From Chrysochromulina tobinii (taxonomy: Eukaryota): a DNA stretch of 34,800 nt. A program made the translations under genes and the position numbers. The stretch lies in NCBI GenBank assembly GCA_001275005.1, contig JWZX01002447.1, positions 1 through 34,800 on the forward strand, written 5' to 3'. Under the pieces are notes generated by a model that did not search any database, was not told the DNA's origin, and saw only the letters and a program-made list of their open reading frames with translations. This document shows, piece after piece, positions 1 to 10,900 of the stretch (within the stretch, counting starts at the first letter, position 1; the number at the start of each line of letters is the position of its first letter).

Positions 1-897
1 GGCGGCGGCGGCGGCGGCCCGACTCTCCGCCTCCTCTGCGTCCCTCTTCGCCGCCGCCAACTCGGCTTTGGAAGCCTCTGAGGCCTTCGCCGCGGCCGCC
101 TTGGCCGCCGCCTCGGCCTTGGAAGCCGCCGCCTCGGCCTTCGAAGCCTTGGCTGCTGCAGCCTCCGCAGCGGCCGCACGCGCCTCGGCTGCTTTGATGC
201 GGGCAGCTGCCGCAGCATCGACTTCGGCGAGCTGCTTCTTGAGGTCGTCGACCATCGCTGCCGCCGAGCCTTCTGCCTCTGATGCATCCGCAGAGGCGCT
301 TGAAGATCCTGCCACCTCCACCGCCTTGCCCTTGCACTTCGATTTGTCAAGCGGCGGCACTGCCTCCGCCCCTGCGTCAGCCTCCACCGTGCTGGCCTGG
401 CCCTGAGCGAGGAGCATCTCCTTGTGCTGCTTAATCGCCGCGCGGTGCTCCTTGTTCTCAGCCTTCAGCTTCTCGAGCTGCTCTTTCAGCAGCTTCTTGC
501 TCGACGGAGCCTTCTTCATGACGCCCGCGCTCGCCTTACCGGAGGCCCTTTTCAACTCCTTGAGCTCCTCCTCGGTTCGGTCGAGCTTCCCCTCGACCGC
601 CTCGAGCTTTCGGAAGAGGCGCGACTGAATCTGCTCGGCCTCTGAGAGTGCGGCCTTGTACCCGTTGAGGGCTTTTTGTTGCAGCCGATTGGAATTTCGG
701 ACTCCGTCCAAGCGGCTCGACTTGCGGCGCTCTGCTTCAGGCTGGTGCAGCTCTGCTTCACGGCCGACGAGGAGGTCGTCGAGCTCGCTTTTCCTGCGCC
801 GCTTCGCAGCAGGTGCACTCTCCTCCTCGACGGGGGGAGCGGGTGCAATTTCCTCCGCGCCCTCGATGGTGAGGTCAATGGAATGCCTTGAAGCCAT
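1..897 (-). CDS. Ala/Glu/Lys-rich coiled-coil protein, unknown function; 3' part runs off the window
   Basis: Not in the ORF track because there is no stop in the window. Manual translation from ATG 897 (context AAAATGG) gives MASRHSIDLTIEGAEEIAPAPPVEEESAPAAKRRRKSELDD...KLLKEQLEKLKAENKEH..., apparently open to base 1. AKRRRK resembles an NLS. Confidence 0.75.
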   Translation of the reverse strand, partial: MASRHSIDLTIEGAEEIAPAPPVEEESAPAAKRRRKSELDDLLVGREAELHQPEAERRKSSRLDGVRNSNRLQQKALNGYKAALSEAEQIQSRLFRKLEAVEGKLDRTEEELKELKRASGKASAGVMKKAPSSKKLLKEQLEKLKAENKEHRAAIKQHKEMLLAQGQASTVEADAGAEAVPPLDKSKCKGKAVEVAGSSSASADASEAEGSAAAMVDDLKKQLAEVDAAAAARIKAAEARAAAAEAAAAKASKAEAAASKAEAAAKAAAAKASEASKAELAAAKRDAEEAESRAAAAAA

Positions 898-1043
898 TTT
901 TTCCGAAGGAGGTTTCGTTAACCTCAATATGTAATCGAAAACTTAAAGCCCTCAAGGTTTGAAACGGACTGCCGGGGTCGTGCGGGAGAGCGCGCACGAT
1001 TTTTGATACATGTACAGTTCTGAACATTTTGTCCCGTGAACCG

Positions 1044-1862
1044 ATGTCGCTCGGAACCTCACTGCTCCCAATCGCGCTCCTTTGGACGAGCGCCGATGCC
1101 TTGGTCTCGCCTCTTAGTCCGTCGCGTCGTGCGGTTACGCTTGGTTTGGCAGCATCCGCTCTACCGGCGACTGCGGCAGAGGCAGCTGCCTGGCCACTAT
1201 CTGGCCTGGGGACCGCCGCTGCCGCAGTGGTGACCGGGCCAGATAGAGGCCGAGGCATGGGCAAGTTCAGCGCAGAGGAGCTCGTGGCGTTGGATGAATG
1301 GTCAAAAACCGCGGAGGGCACGCTGCTTTCAAACGGCATGCGCGTCATTGACGTTGTAGAGGGTGTCGGGCCGCAGCCAAAAGTTGGCGATAAGGTCTTC
1401 TGCCACTTCAAGGTGTGGACTTGACTTGAACCGTGCCTCTTGAACTGTATACTTTCTTTACTGTGCCACTTCAACCGTGCACAGGTGTGGACGGGTGGTT
1501 TTCGCCGAGGACCGCCGGCCGACTCCTCGTTCTCCAATGCGCGCGTGTACGAGTGGACGCTGGGCACGCCGACGGCCCGTATTCCCGCCGGTGCGGATGC
1601 GGGCGCGCTCGGCATGAAAGAGAAAGGCTGGAGGCGGCTCATCATTCCCGCCGCTCTCGCGTACGGCTCTCAAGGTCTGGTGACGAGCACGGGGAAGGCG
1701 GGCGTTGTGTACGCGGTGCCTCCCGACACGCCCGTGTACTTCGACCTCCTTATGGTTGACGGTGGCTCGGGCCAGTGCCAAGAGGTCCTGCACCCACCGG
1801 GTGTGAGTGACGAGGTCTCCTTGCGCCTCAAGTCGATCTCGTGTAAGCGAGGTGCGCCGTGA
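1044..1862 (+). CDS. FKBP-type peptidyl-prolyl isomerase, probably thylakoid-lumen targeted; exons 1044-1412 and 1485-1862
   Basis: FKBP motifs DVVEGVGPQPKVGDKVFCHF, GMKEKGWRRLIIPAALAYG and VPPDTPVYFDL are split over two same-frame ORFs. A 72-nt GT-AG intron (1413-1484) joins them. The N-terminus has a signal peptide, then SRR, a hydrophobic stretch and AxA (Tat-like). Confidence 0.88.
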
Positions 1863-2319
1863 GCGTGTCTCACTGGGTGACACTAGTCGCTAATAGACCG
1901 GACGGCATCTCCTCATACATCCGAGCAAGTAGCAAGCTTCGGGTAGCAAGTTTGCCCTCTCTCATCCGTCCGAGAACATTAATCAGACTCTTAAAAGTCA
2001 TGGTTAATGCTACTCTATGTCGTCGAAACGGTCGAATCACGAATGACAATGTGGTCCTGTATCTGCCATGACCCCGGTGCTGGAAGGCTGCCCGGCCGTG
2101 TTCCCCGCGTCTTGCGTCACCGGTGGCCTCACCCGGTCCCTTCACTGCCTCTCCGGCAGTCGTCACTGCTCCCTAGCACGCCTCGCCATGGTTCATTTGT
2201 TCACGATTAAAGTAGCCCGCGCGCGATCCGCGGTAGCTCACCCTCATGCCTATCTCGAGCCAAGCTCCTGTCGTCGCGCCCTCTCGCTCCTGTCTCGCGC
2301 CATCGGCGGGCATGAGCCC

Positions 2320-2724
2320 TCAGATGTGCTCGAAGCAATCTTTCGAGCAGAAAGTACCAGGCACCTTGATGGGCTGGCCACAGGAGTTCAAAAGCAAGGC
2401 ATCCGCATTGCGCCACAATGCGGAGGGCAGACGGCAGACTTGGCACTCGCGGCCGTTTGAGGCTCTCTTCGTCTCCCGGGAGCAAACAGAGCCAAATGCC
2501 GCGTCAAACTTTTCCTTCCTCGGGCGCCAGATCGCCTTTGCAACCTTGGCGTCGGGGGTGATCTGGCGTCCGACGCCCACCGCAATCGCATCGCGCTCCA
2601 TTTGCATCCATTCCATGTATTCTCGAGCCTCGATGTTTTCCTGGTGCTCCACGATGTAGCGGAGTCTGTCGAGGCGGGTAAAGGGCATCTCCTCGCAGAT
2701 CACAATGTCGAGACACGCTGACAT
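2320..2724 (-). CDS. Small hypothetical protein with CxxC...FCSxxC putative metal-binding motif
   Basis: ATG-initiated 134-aa ORF with normal globular composition, containing CQVC and FCSKDC; divergent from the MATE gene. Confidence 0.45.
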   Translation of the reverse strand: MSACLDIVICEEMPFTRLDRLRYIVEHQENIEAREYMEWMQMERDAIAVGVGRQITPDAKVAKAIWRPRKEKFDAAFGSVCSRETKRASNGRECQVCRLPSALWRNADALLLNSCGQPIKVPGTFCSKDCFEHI

Positions 2725-2982
2725 TCGATCGGTTGCTCGGCCGACGACGCGCGCGATCGCTCGGAAGTCGCTCGCGCACCCCTCCCTGCGAAGCTTGACG
2801 AGACTCTTGTGACCTTTGACTTTTGACGAACCTCGGAGACGCGGAGCTCGCCACTTTTAGTCGCGATTGTTGGCAGACCTCTCCGCGTTTATGCCCGATA
2901 GTTAACTGTAGCGGTGTTCGTGACGTCCACGTCAGGGTCGTGGTCTCCGTGGATCTCGTCGCTTCGGAGATCGCTCGTGAAT

Positions 2983-4572
2983 ATGCAGACGGCCGCGCTC
3001 CTGTGCCTCGTCGCATGTGCAGCGCCTGTGCAGTGCTTGCAAACCCCATATGCGGCGCACGTGAGCATCTTGCGCGTGAGCCGTGCACAGCCTCGGCTAT
3101 GCGCCCTGGCCGAGACTGACCGGCCAGCCTCCGACGCCGAGTCTGACCAGCGAAGCCCTGACCAGCGACGAAGCATCCGACGTGCCGCGGCGCTGCCGTG
3201 CGGTGACGCGCTGGACCGCCGCATCGGCACGCTCGCCATTCCAGCCATCCTCAACTTCCTGATCCTGCCCATCACGAATTCAGTCGACCTCTTCTTCATC
3301 GGCAAGCTGGGCGAGTCGCTTGCAATTGCCGGTCAGGCAGCCGCAAATCAAGTCTTCTCTACGGCGGCGTGGGCGACATCTGTGATCCCGACAGTCACGG
3401 TGCCTAGAGTCGCCAAGGCGCGCGCCGCCGGGGACAATGCCGAGGTGCAGGCGGCCGTTGGAGAGGCCATCTTCGTGGCTGTGCTCGTCTCGAGCGTCGT
3501 GATGGTCGCCATCGCGTTGCGGCCGAATGGCGTACTGCTTGCGGCGGGCAGCGCGGCAGGGTTGCCCTTCTCGCTCCCGTACCTGCGCGGCCGGCTGCCC
3601 GGCCTCGTTGCCGAGGCCATGGCCACCGTCGGCTTCGCCTCCTTCCGCGGCGTCATGGACACGGCCACGCCGCTCCGAGTGAGCCTGATCGCGAACGCGC
3701 TCAACTGTGCTCTCGACCCGATTCTCATGTTCCAACGGCTAGGGACGCTCCCGGGCGGTCTGGTGCTCCGCGGGCTTGGGCTCGGTGTCGCGGGCGCCGC
3801 TGTGGCCACCACTGTCTCCCAGGTGTACTCAGCCGCCGAGTATCTTCGGCTGCTGCTCGCGCGTGGCCTCGTGCGCTGGGGCACGCTGCTCCGGCCGCCC
3901 TCGCGCGCGTCGCTCGCGACTCTCGCAAAGGCCGGCGGCGCGGTCCAAGTGCGCGCGCTCGCGCTCAACGCCGCCTTCTTCGTCATTACCAGAACGACGC
4001 AGGCCCTCGACAGCACAGGCACTGCCGCTGCGGCGCACGCGGTCACCATACAGCTGTGGCAGCTGGGTGGCGTGATCCTCTTTGCGCTCTCTACCGTCGC
4101 AAGCATCGTCGTCCCAGCGGAGCTCAACAAACCCGCTGCGCAGGGCGGCGGCGTGGCGGCTGCGCGCGCGGCGGCCGATCGGTTGCTCGCGTGGAGCTTC
4201 CTGATCGGCGGCGTACTCGGTGCTGCGCAACTTGCGGCACTGCCGCTGCTGGGCGCGTTCACTCCGCTGGCTGAGGTGCAGCGCGCGGCGCGCGTACCGA
4301 CGATTATTGGGGCGGCTCTGCAGCTGATCAACGGTCTCACCTTTGTCGGAGAGGGGCTGATGGTGGGCGTCGGCTCATTTGGTCAGCTCGCGGCGGGCCA
4401 AGTCGTGGCAACTGCCGCAATCATCTCGACGCTCATGCTCACCCCGGCCGGCCACTCGCTCCCAGGTGTCTGGCTCACCTTCTTCCTCTTCAACGGCGTG
4501 CGCTTCGTCAACGCGATGTTGCACCATTTTTGGAGGGGGCCGCTCGTGCCACGCGAGGCTGCGAAGCAGTGA
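2983..4572 (+). CDS. MATE-family (DinF-like) transporter with N-terminal signal/transit peptide
   Basis: LAIPAILNFLILPITNSVDLFFIGKLG, FRGVMDTATPL, NCALDPILMF, GLGVAGAAVAT and AAAHAV..QLW motifs, with many TM segments. First ATG is at 2983. Confidence 0.92.
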   Translation: MQTAALLCLVACAAPVQCLQTPYAAHVSILRVSRAQPRLCALAETDRPASDAESDQRSPDQRRSIRRAAALPCGDALDRRIGTLAIPAILNFLILPITNSVDLFFIGKLGESLAIAGQAAANQVFSTAAWATSVIPTVTVPRVAKARAAGDNAEVQAAVGEAIFVAVLVSSVVMVAIALRPNGVLLAAGSAAGLPFSLPYLRGRLPGLVAEAMATVGFASFRGVMDTATPLRVSLIANALNCALDPILMFQRLGTLPGGLVLRGLGLGVAGAAVATTVSQVYSAAEYLRLLLARGLVRWGTLLRPPSRASLATLAKAGGAVQVRALALNAAFFVITRTTQALDSTGTAAAAHAVTIQLWQLGGVILFALSTVASIVVPAELNKPAAQGGGVAAARAAADRLLAWSFLIGGVLGAAQLAALPLLGAFTPLAEVQRAARVPTIIGAALQLINGLTFVGEGLMVGVGSFGQLAAGQVVATAAIISTLMLTPAGHSLPGVWLTFFLFNGVRFVNAMLHHFWRGPLVPREAAKQ

Positions 4573-4685
4573 CGAGGGGTCGGGTAGTTGCCCTTTCTAC
4601 ATATGCTGCCGGAGCTCTGAGTACGATCTACAGAATGATGTGCGAGCCATAGGCGCTCTCGGACCCGAACTTGATCAGCTCACCG

Positions 4686-4705
4686 TCTCTCTCTCTCTCT
4701 CTCTC
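4686..4705. repeat. (TC)n microsatellite
   Basis: About 10 TC units read directly. Confidence 0.9.
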
Positions 4706-4737
4706 CGCCTTTTACGCATGTGTTCTATTGGTGTGGT

Positions 4738-4780
4738 ACCCTGTGTGCTGGGAGAGACCGACCTCACTAGCGAAATTGAG
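4738..4780 (+). repeat. Dispersed 43-bp motif, copy 1 (copy 2 at 23036-23078)
   Basis: ACCCTGtGtGCTGGGAGAGACCgACCTCACTAGCgaAaTTGAG; 37/43 identical to copy 2 by manual ungapped alignment. Confidence 0.85.
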
Positions 4781-4955
4781 TAGCCCGTGCGAGCGAGTAC
4801 TCAGTACACTGACTGACTGACTGGTGAGTTACCGTACTACAGCGTGTTTTACATGCATTTATTTCCCCGTTTTGGTGACTTTGGTGAAAAGAAATCCAAA
4901 AATCGAGACCGCAGCCTAAAAGGTCTCCTCGGTGGAACTTGAAAAGGCCGTCCAG

Positions 4956-7900
4956 ATGGAGGGCCCCAGCGGCATGGCAAAAGCACCGCCGGCAACAGCT
5001 TTGCCAACGTCTGTGGCAGATGCAGCGGATCCGGCAGTCGCTGAAAGCAATGCGGGACCCTCGCAACTGCCGTCGGCGATGTGTGCATCGATTCTGCGTC
5101 CAGTCGTCAAGCCGACTCCATACTGGGAAGCAGCACCGTGCCCATCGTGGGGCGCGACGGCCGACTACAAGGAGCGGCATGCGGCATGCATCCGAAATCG
5201 AGAGGCTGCCATTGCAAGGATAGCGTGGAGCGTGCGGGCGCGCGAGCAGGCTTTTCTGGCCATCGGCGTGCAGGAGCGTGAGGTGGAGCAGGCGCTCGTG
5301 CGGCTCGCGGAGGCACGCAATGTGGTGACGGCCGATGAGGCCATCCTCAGTGAGGCGGAGCGTGAGCGTATATCGTGCGCCGACATTTCCGTCCGGCTGA
5401 CCAAGGAGGCGGACGAGGCGCGCAGGAGCGTGGCTCTCGCATCGATCGCAGAGGCGAAAGCCAAGGATATCTTCGAAGAGGCGGGCGGGCAGGCGATGTC
5501 GGAGAAGCTTCGAAGGGAGGCGACAGCGTGTGCGGCCGTCAAGTTCAAGGCCGTCGCCGAGGCTGCCCTCGCCACCACGGCTAATGAGACGGCGTTCAAG
5601 TCGGCGGCATCCAAGAAGGCGGCGGCGACGCGCGCTAAGAGTGCGCATGAGAAGGCGAAGCTCGCCAACCTGCGAGCAGAGGGTTTGGTGGCCCCATCGC
5701 GCCCACGGATCTCGAAGGCCATTGATGAGGTTGAGGTCGCTACTGCCAAAAGGGATCGCATGGAGCAAGAGGCGAGGTCATCCGCGCGCATGCTCGTCAC
5801 ATGCCAATCTCGCGCGCGAGATGCAGAGCAAGTGGCAGCCGAGGCGGCCGGCTCGCAGGAGCGGGCGACCAAAGAAGCGTCGGAGGCGGCAGCGACGCTC
5901 AAGCAGAGCAATCTGATGGCAGGCGAGCTACGCTACGCCGCCGACATGACCTCTGATGACCTCTGATGACCTCTGATGACCTCTGATGACCGCTGATGAC
6001 CTCTGATGACCGCTGATGACCTCTGATGACCTCTGATTGCCTCTGATGGCAGGCGAGCTACGCTACGCCGCCGACGTCGCACGCAAGCTCGCCGAGGCCG
6101 CGACGCTCGCGGCTGAGGGCGTGCGCTCCGAGGCTGACAAGACGGCGAAAGTGTTTCACGCCACGGTGAGTGCAAACGCGGGCGCTGCGTTTGTCGAGCG
6201 CGCGGGACTGACGAGCCAAAAGTCAACAATGCGCGCGCTCGCGGCCGAGGCGGAGGCGGAAAAATTGAGGGCGGAGGCGGCGGAGGCGGAGGCGGCCGCG
6301 AGGAATGCGGCGGACGCGGCGACGGCGGCGGAGGAGGATTACGAGCGCTTGCTGGAGCTCGAGCGAACGTGTACGCAGAGGGCGCTCGACAGGGCGGAGG
6401 AAGTGACGAAGCTGGCTGAGGAGTTGCGCGTGGCTACGGAAGCGTCCCTCGAGGCGGAGGCTAGCGCGGAGAAGGCGCGGCAGGACTTGAATGTCTCCAA
6501 TCTTGAGGTGACCAAGGCGAAGGCGAACATGGTGCAGTGCGAGAAGGATGCCTTCATCGCGAAGAGGGAGGAAGATGAGGCGCGCAACTTCGAAGCGGCG
6601 GCCGTCGCAGCCGAGGTGGAGGCCGTTGAGAGGCATGCGAGCGTCGAGCGTGAGATGCGGGAGCGCGCGGCGGACCTGAGCATTGCAGCTGCAGCGTCCT
6701 CGAAGGCGGACTTGGAGGCGGCGACGCTCGAGATGCTCGATGGGGAGGCGAGTGGACGTGAGGAACGTGTCCTTCGGGCCAACGAGAATCGTGGTGAAGA
6801 AGGAGGCGATCGAGGCCAAGGCACATGCGGCCGAGGAGGCGGCCAACAAGGTGGAAGAAGACGCGGCCAACAAGGTGCGCGCGAGTCAGAGGGCGTTGGG
6901 CGACGCCGAGGCAGCGCTGGAACATGAGGAGGTGCGGCTGCGGCAGGTGCGCCAGGAGGCCGAGGAGAAGGCGGCGGTTGAGGCTGCGACCAAGGCGGCC
7001 GCGGCCCAGGCGACGGCCGAGGCAGAGGCAGCCGACCTCGCACTTCGCAAGAATCTCCACTGGGCCATCGGCGATCGACCCACGGTGGCGCGCGCGTGTC
7101 ACCTGTACGGCGACGGGTTGCTCTTCGCGGCCATGGGCCAAGAGTCGAGTTTCACAATAGAGGCGTGCGCGGCGGACGGCATACGCCAGCCGACGGGCGG
7201 CGACAAGTTCGTCGTGGTCGTGCGCGCTGCAGGCCAGGGGAGGCGTTTCAACGGCAGGGTCATCGATCACGGTGACGGCTCGTACACGGTGCGCTTTCGC
7301 ACAACCGCCATTTCCGGAGCGTGCAAGGTGCAAGTGTCGTTACTGGGTGAGGACCTGCCAGGCAGCCCATACACATGCATGGTGGCCACGCCACTACCCC
7401 ATGCGAGCCGGTGCTTTGTTCGTGGAGCGGCGCTCCACACCATAGTAGCGCACGAGACCCATGTCTTCGAGGTGGGCTTTCGCGATCTGCTCGGCCGCGT
7501 CACGGCTGCGATTGAGCTCGATGTGTGCGTGCAGAGGATCTCGCCTGGCACGAACGAGCCTAGCACAAGCGAGCATGATGAAGGACATTTGGAGGGCGAG
7601 GCTAGCTCGGCCACGGCAGCCTCCTCGCCAACTTCCGCGCTTGACCCATCGTCGACGACGGCACTCAGCCAGTTCAGGCCCGCCCTTGCACCGGTAGCCC
7701 TGTCAGCCGACGGCGTCCCACTCGGCCCACCCAGCCTCAACCTGGCGCAGGAGCGGCACGCGGAGAGCGAGCGGCACAGCACCCTGGTTGAGGGTGGCAT
7801 CGTCAAGCCGTTGGGCGACTTCGACACGGTGCTTGTGGGCGCATCGGCACTCGTGATCACAAAGGACGCCGCCGTCGACTCCCTCCCCATCGGCCAGATG

Positions 7901-10900
7901 GCACCTGGGCGCGAGCTCAAGCTTCTAAAGACGATGCCATTCGACCTCGGCAAGGGCATGGTGCTCGTGCGTGGGCAGGTGGCTATCACTGACGAAGAGC
8001 GCAGCACCGACTTTCGTGCGCGGCGCCCTCGGAGCCCACAGGAGCGCAAGTACCCAGCAGGCTTTGGGTATGGCATGCCCCTCGTCGTGCCCACACCTGC
8101 TACACCGAGCCGCGCCAAGGGTGATGGCACCGCTCGCAGCTCCTCGACCGTCAGCTACGCCTCCACGTACACCACCACCACTACCACCACGAGCATGCGC
8201 CCATCGTCCTCGCCGCCTCCCGCCTCCTCGCATGCCACACCCTCGCGTCGCTCGGCCAGTCCACCGAAACGCCATCCAGCTCCCCCGCCCCCCAGCCCCC
8301 CCCTCTCGATCCCGAGCACGTACCGCTTCAGCTGCGCCAGCCCAGAAGGCTCGCCGCTGCCAAGTTCCATGTCGAGCGCCATGTCGAGCGCACAGACGAC
8401 CGACCGGAGCGGCCGCAACGACGCGGCGTGCCAGTTCAGCGTTCGGAGCCTCGCACTGCGATACGAGCAGTCGCCTCACCGTGCCAGCCCTAGCGCGTTC
8501 TCGTACCGGAGCCAAGGGTCATACCCAGCGTCGAGCCCCCGCAGCCAAGGGTCGCAGACGCCATCGTACCGTCGCGCTGAGCGTGCGAAGCTCGCGCCAA
8601 CCGTTGAGGAGGCACTCGAGGAGCTGCTTGAGTTACCTTCCCAGCCACCGTCTGCGGCCGTAGCAGGCGGCGGCGAAGGGCGAGGGCGCGAGGACAGCTC
8701 CAAGCGCCGTGAGAGTCGTGACAGTCGCGAGAGCGGGCGCCTCTCAAGACCTCCCTCGCGAGCCTCACGAGCCTCACGAGCCTCAAATGACTCACACGCT
8801 TTCGCCAGGCCACCACCCTCCGCTTCAGCCGCCCCAACCGCTGCCCCAGCCGCCGCCTTACCTCCCGCGGCCGCCAGGCCCCGACTTCAGATGGGCAGCC
8901 GAGAGACTAGCCGAGAGTTGAAGGTGGTGCTACTCGACGTGTCGTCCGCCGCAGCGCCCACAGGCGTTGTCGTGGGGACTGACGCAGACAAGGCGACACG
9001 CTCGCCTCAGAAGAAGTCCGCCACGCGCCCAACGAGCCGCGCGCTGGGATGGGCACCCGAGGGCGGCGCCGAGTCGAGCGCCGAGCCCGCAAAGGGAACA
9101 AGTGGCTCCAAGGACGGCGCGTCAAGCGATCGGAAGGGCGCGTCCGGCGGCGTCGAGCGCGGGCCATCCAAGGGATCCAATGGAGAGGTCTCGAAGAAAG
9201 AGACATCAACGGGTGCGGGGCGTGCGAAGGGCGAAGGAAGCGTGGCTGCAGCCGACGGCAAGTTGGTAGGCAAGGGCGCCAAACGGAGCGATGACGACAA
9301 GGATGGTGGCCGTGATGGCGGCAGCAAGGAGAGTGGCAAGGAGGGCTTCGAGGAGGAAGGAGGGGGTAAGGAGGGGGGCAAGGAGGGCGGCAAGGAGGGT
9401 GGCAAGGAGGGCGGCAAGGAGGGCGAGGGAAAATCAAGGAGAGAGTCGAGGGCGTCCGAGGAGAAGCGCGAGGCGCGTGAAGTGGAAAAGAAGTTCAAGT
9501 CGATGAGGGCGAGGCAAATGGAGGCGGCGATCAAGGAGCAATACGAGAAATCCGTGCGCCTGAAGGAGGAGGCAGAGGCCGAGGCACGCGCTAAGGAGCG
9601 TGCGGCTAGAGAGGCCGCCGAGCGCGCGGAACGCGAGGCGCGCGAGGCGGCGCGACTCAAGGAAGAGCATGAGCGTGCGGAGAAGGCGGTGTACGAGGCA
9701 AAGGCAGCGGAGGCGGTGCGGCTGATCATCTCGCCGCGCTCGTATCGACGCTGGAAGGCCAACGTGGAGAGCGAACAGAAGCGGCGATCATCGGCGAGCT
9801 ACATGCAGATGCAGATGGAGATGATGGAGATGATCTCACCGATCTCAACGCACCGCTCGCTCGGAACTCATCGAACGGCGGCCTCGCTCTCGCCTCAGCG
9901 CACTCCCGCCTCGCCGTCGATTGAGCCCCGTTTAGCTACACGCGGAGACCGCGGCGGCAGCCAGAAAAGCCAGGCGGTGGAGCGCGGCCAAACAAGCCCT
10001 CCGGCCGGTCACCCGCGCTTCTCAGTGGCCGATACGCCCGCCTCACGCGACACGCAGCTCCCCTCGAAGGACGTCACCGGTGCCGCCGCCGCGCCGGCTC
10101 GCGCGCTGAAGCAGAGTGCCGCAGGAGGCACCGCGGAGGAGCACAGCGCAAGCCGCGAGGCGCTCGCAGCGACGCGCGTGCAGGCGGTGCAGCGCGGGCG
10201 TAGCACACGGCTGCGGCTGCAGATGGGGCCGTTGGAAGGCGCCACCACCAGCCCGGCGTCTCAGCGCTCGTGCCGCATGCGCGCGAGCTCCGCTGGACGC
10301 ACTTCGAGTGTCCTCACCGCCCGCTCTGCTCGCACAGTTCACTCGGGGAGCGCCGACACGGCGCGGAGTGGGGCCGTATCGGCGCGGGCTGTGCCGGCTC
10401 TGCCCGCGTTCGGCTGGGTGACGTTGGCGATGGGCGATGTGCAGTACGTACACCGGCGAGTCGCGCGGCTGCCCGCGGCCATCAAGCAGCAGCACATGGA
10501 CCACTGGGCACGCCGGGGCGCGCTCGACTCGGCACGCGAACGGCAGCGCGCCCGCTCGCGCGAGGAAGATCTTGAGGCCGAGCGCTGGCGCCAGACGCCC
10601 CACTTTGGGGGCGACGCGGCCCGTGCAAGTCGAGCCAAGCCGACGCGTCCCGTCTACCTTCACGAGCTTGATGCCGACCCGCGCGGCGTTGGCTTCGCGT
10701 ACGGCGGCCTCACGCCCGGTCGGTTGCATTCCCACGGGCGTCTGGTGGACGTGCATCAGGCCGCCTTCTCAGTTGGGGTCGCGGGCCGGTACGAGCTCCA
10801 TGTGGCTCTGCGCCATGACCGCGAGTCCCTCCTGCTCTCAACCCCTCTGCCCGGCTCGCCTTTCCAACTGACGGTGCTCCCTGGGATGCCGCACCCTCTG

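Noticed and set aside
68..934. Plus-strand ORFs at the window start, and similar antisense or alternate-frame ORFs throughout
   Set aside because: Shadow ORFs of GC-rich genes; Arg/Ser/Ala-rich with no motifs.
1870..2166. 98-aa minus-strand ORF downstream of FKBP
   Set aside because: No motif or codon support.
4738..4780. Helitron 3' end (CTAG)
   Set aside because: No strong subterminal hairpin, CTAG is followed by C, and similarity continues past it.
5946..6050. Repeat array as a CRISPR, hammerhead cores (CTGATGA) or C/D boxes
   Set aside because: No spacers, no cas genes and no GAAA/stem context; it is a simple intronic satellite.
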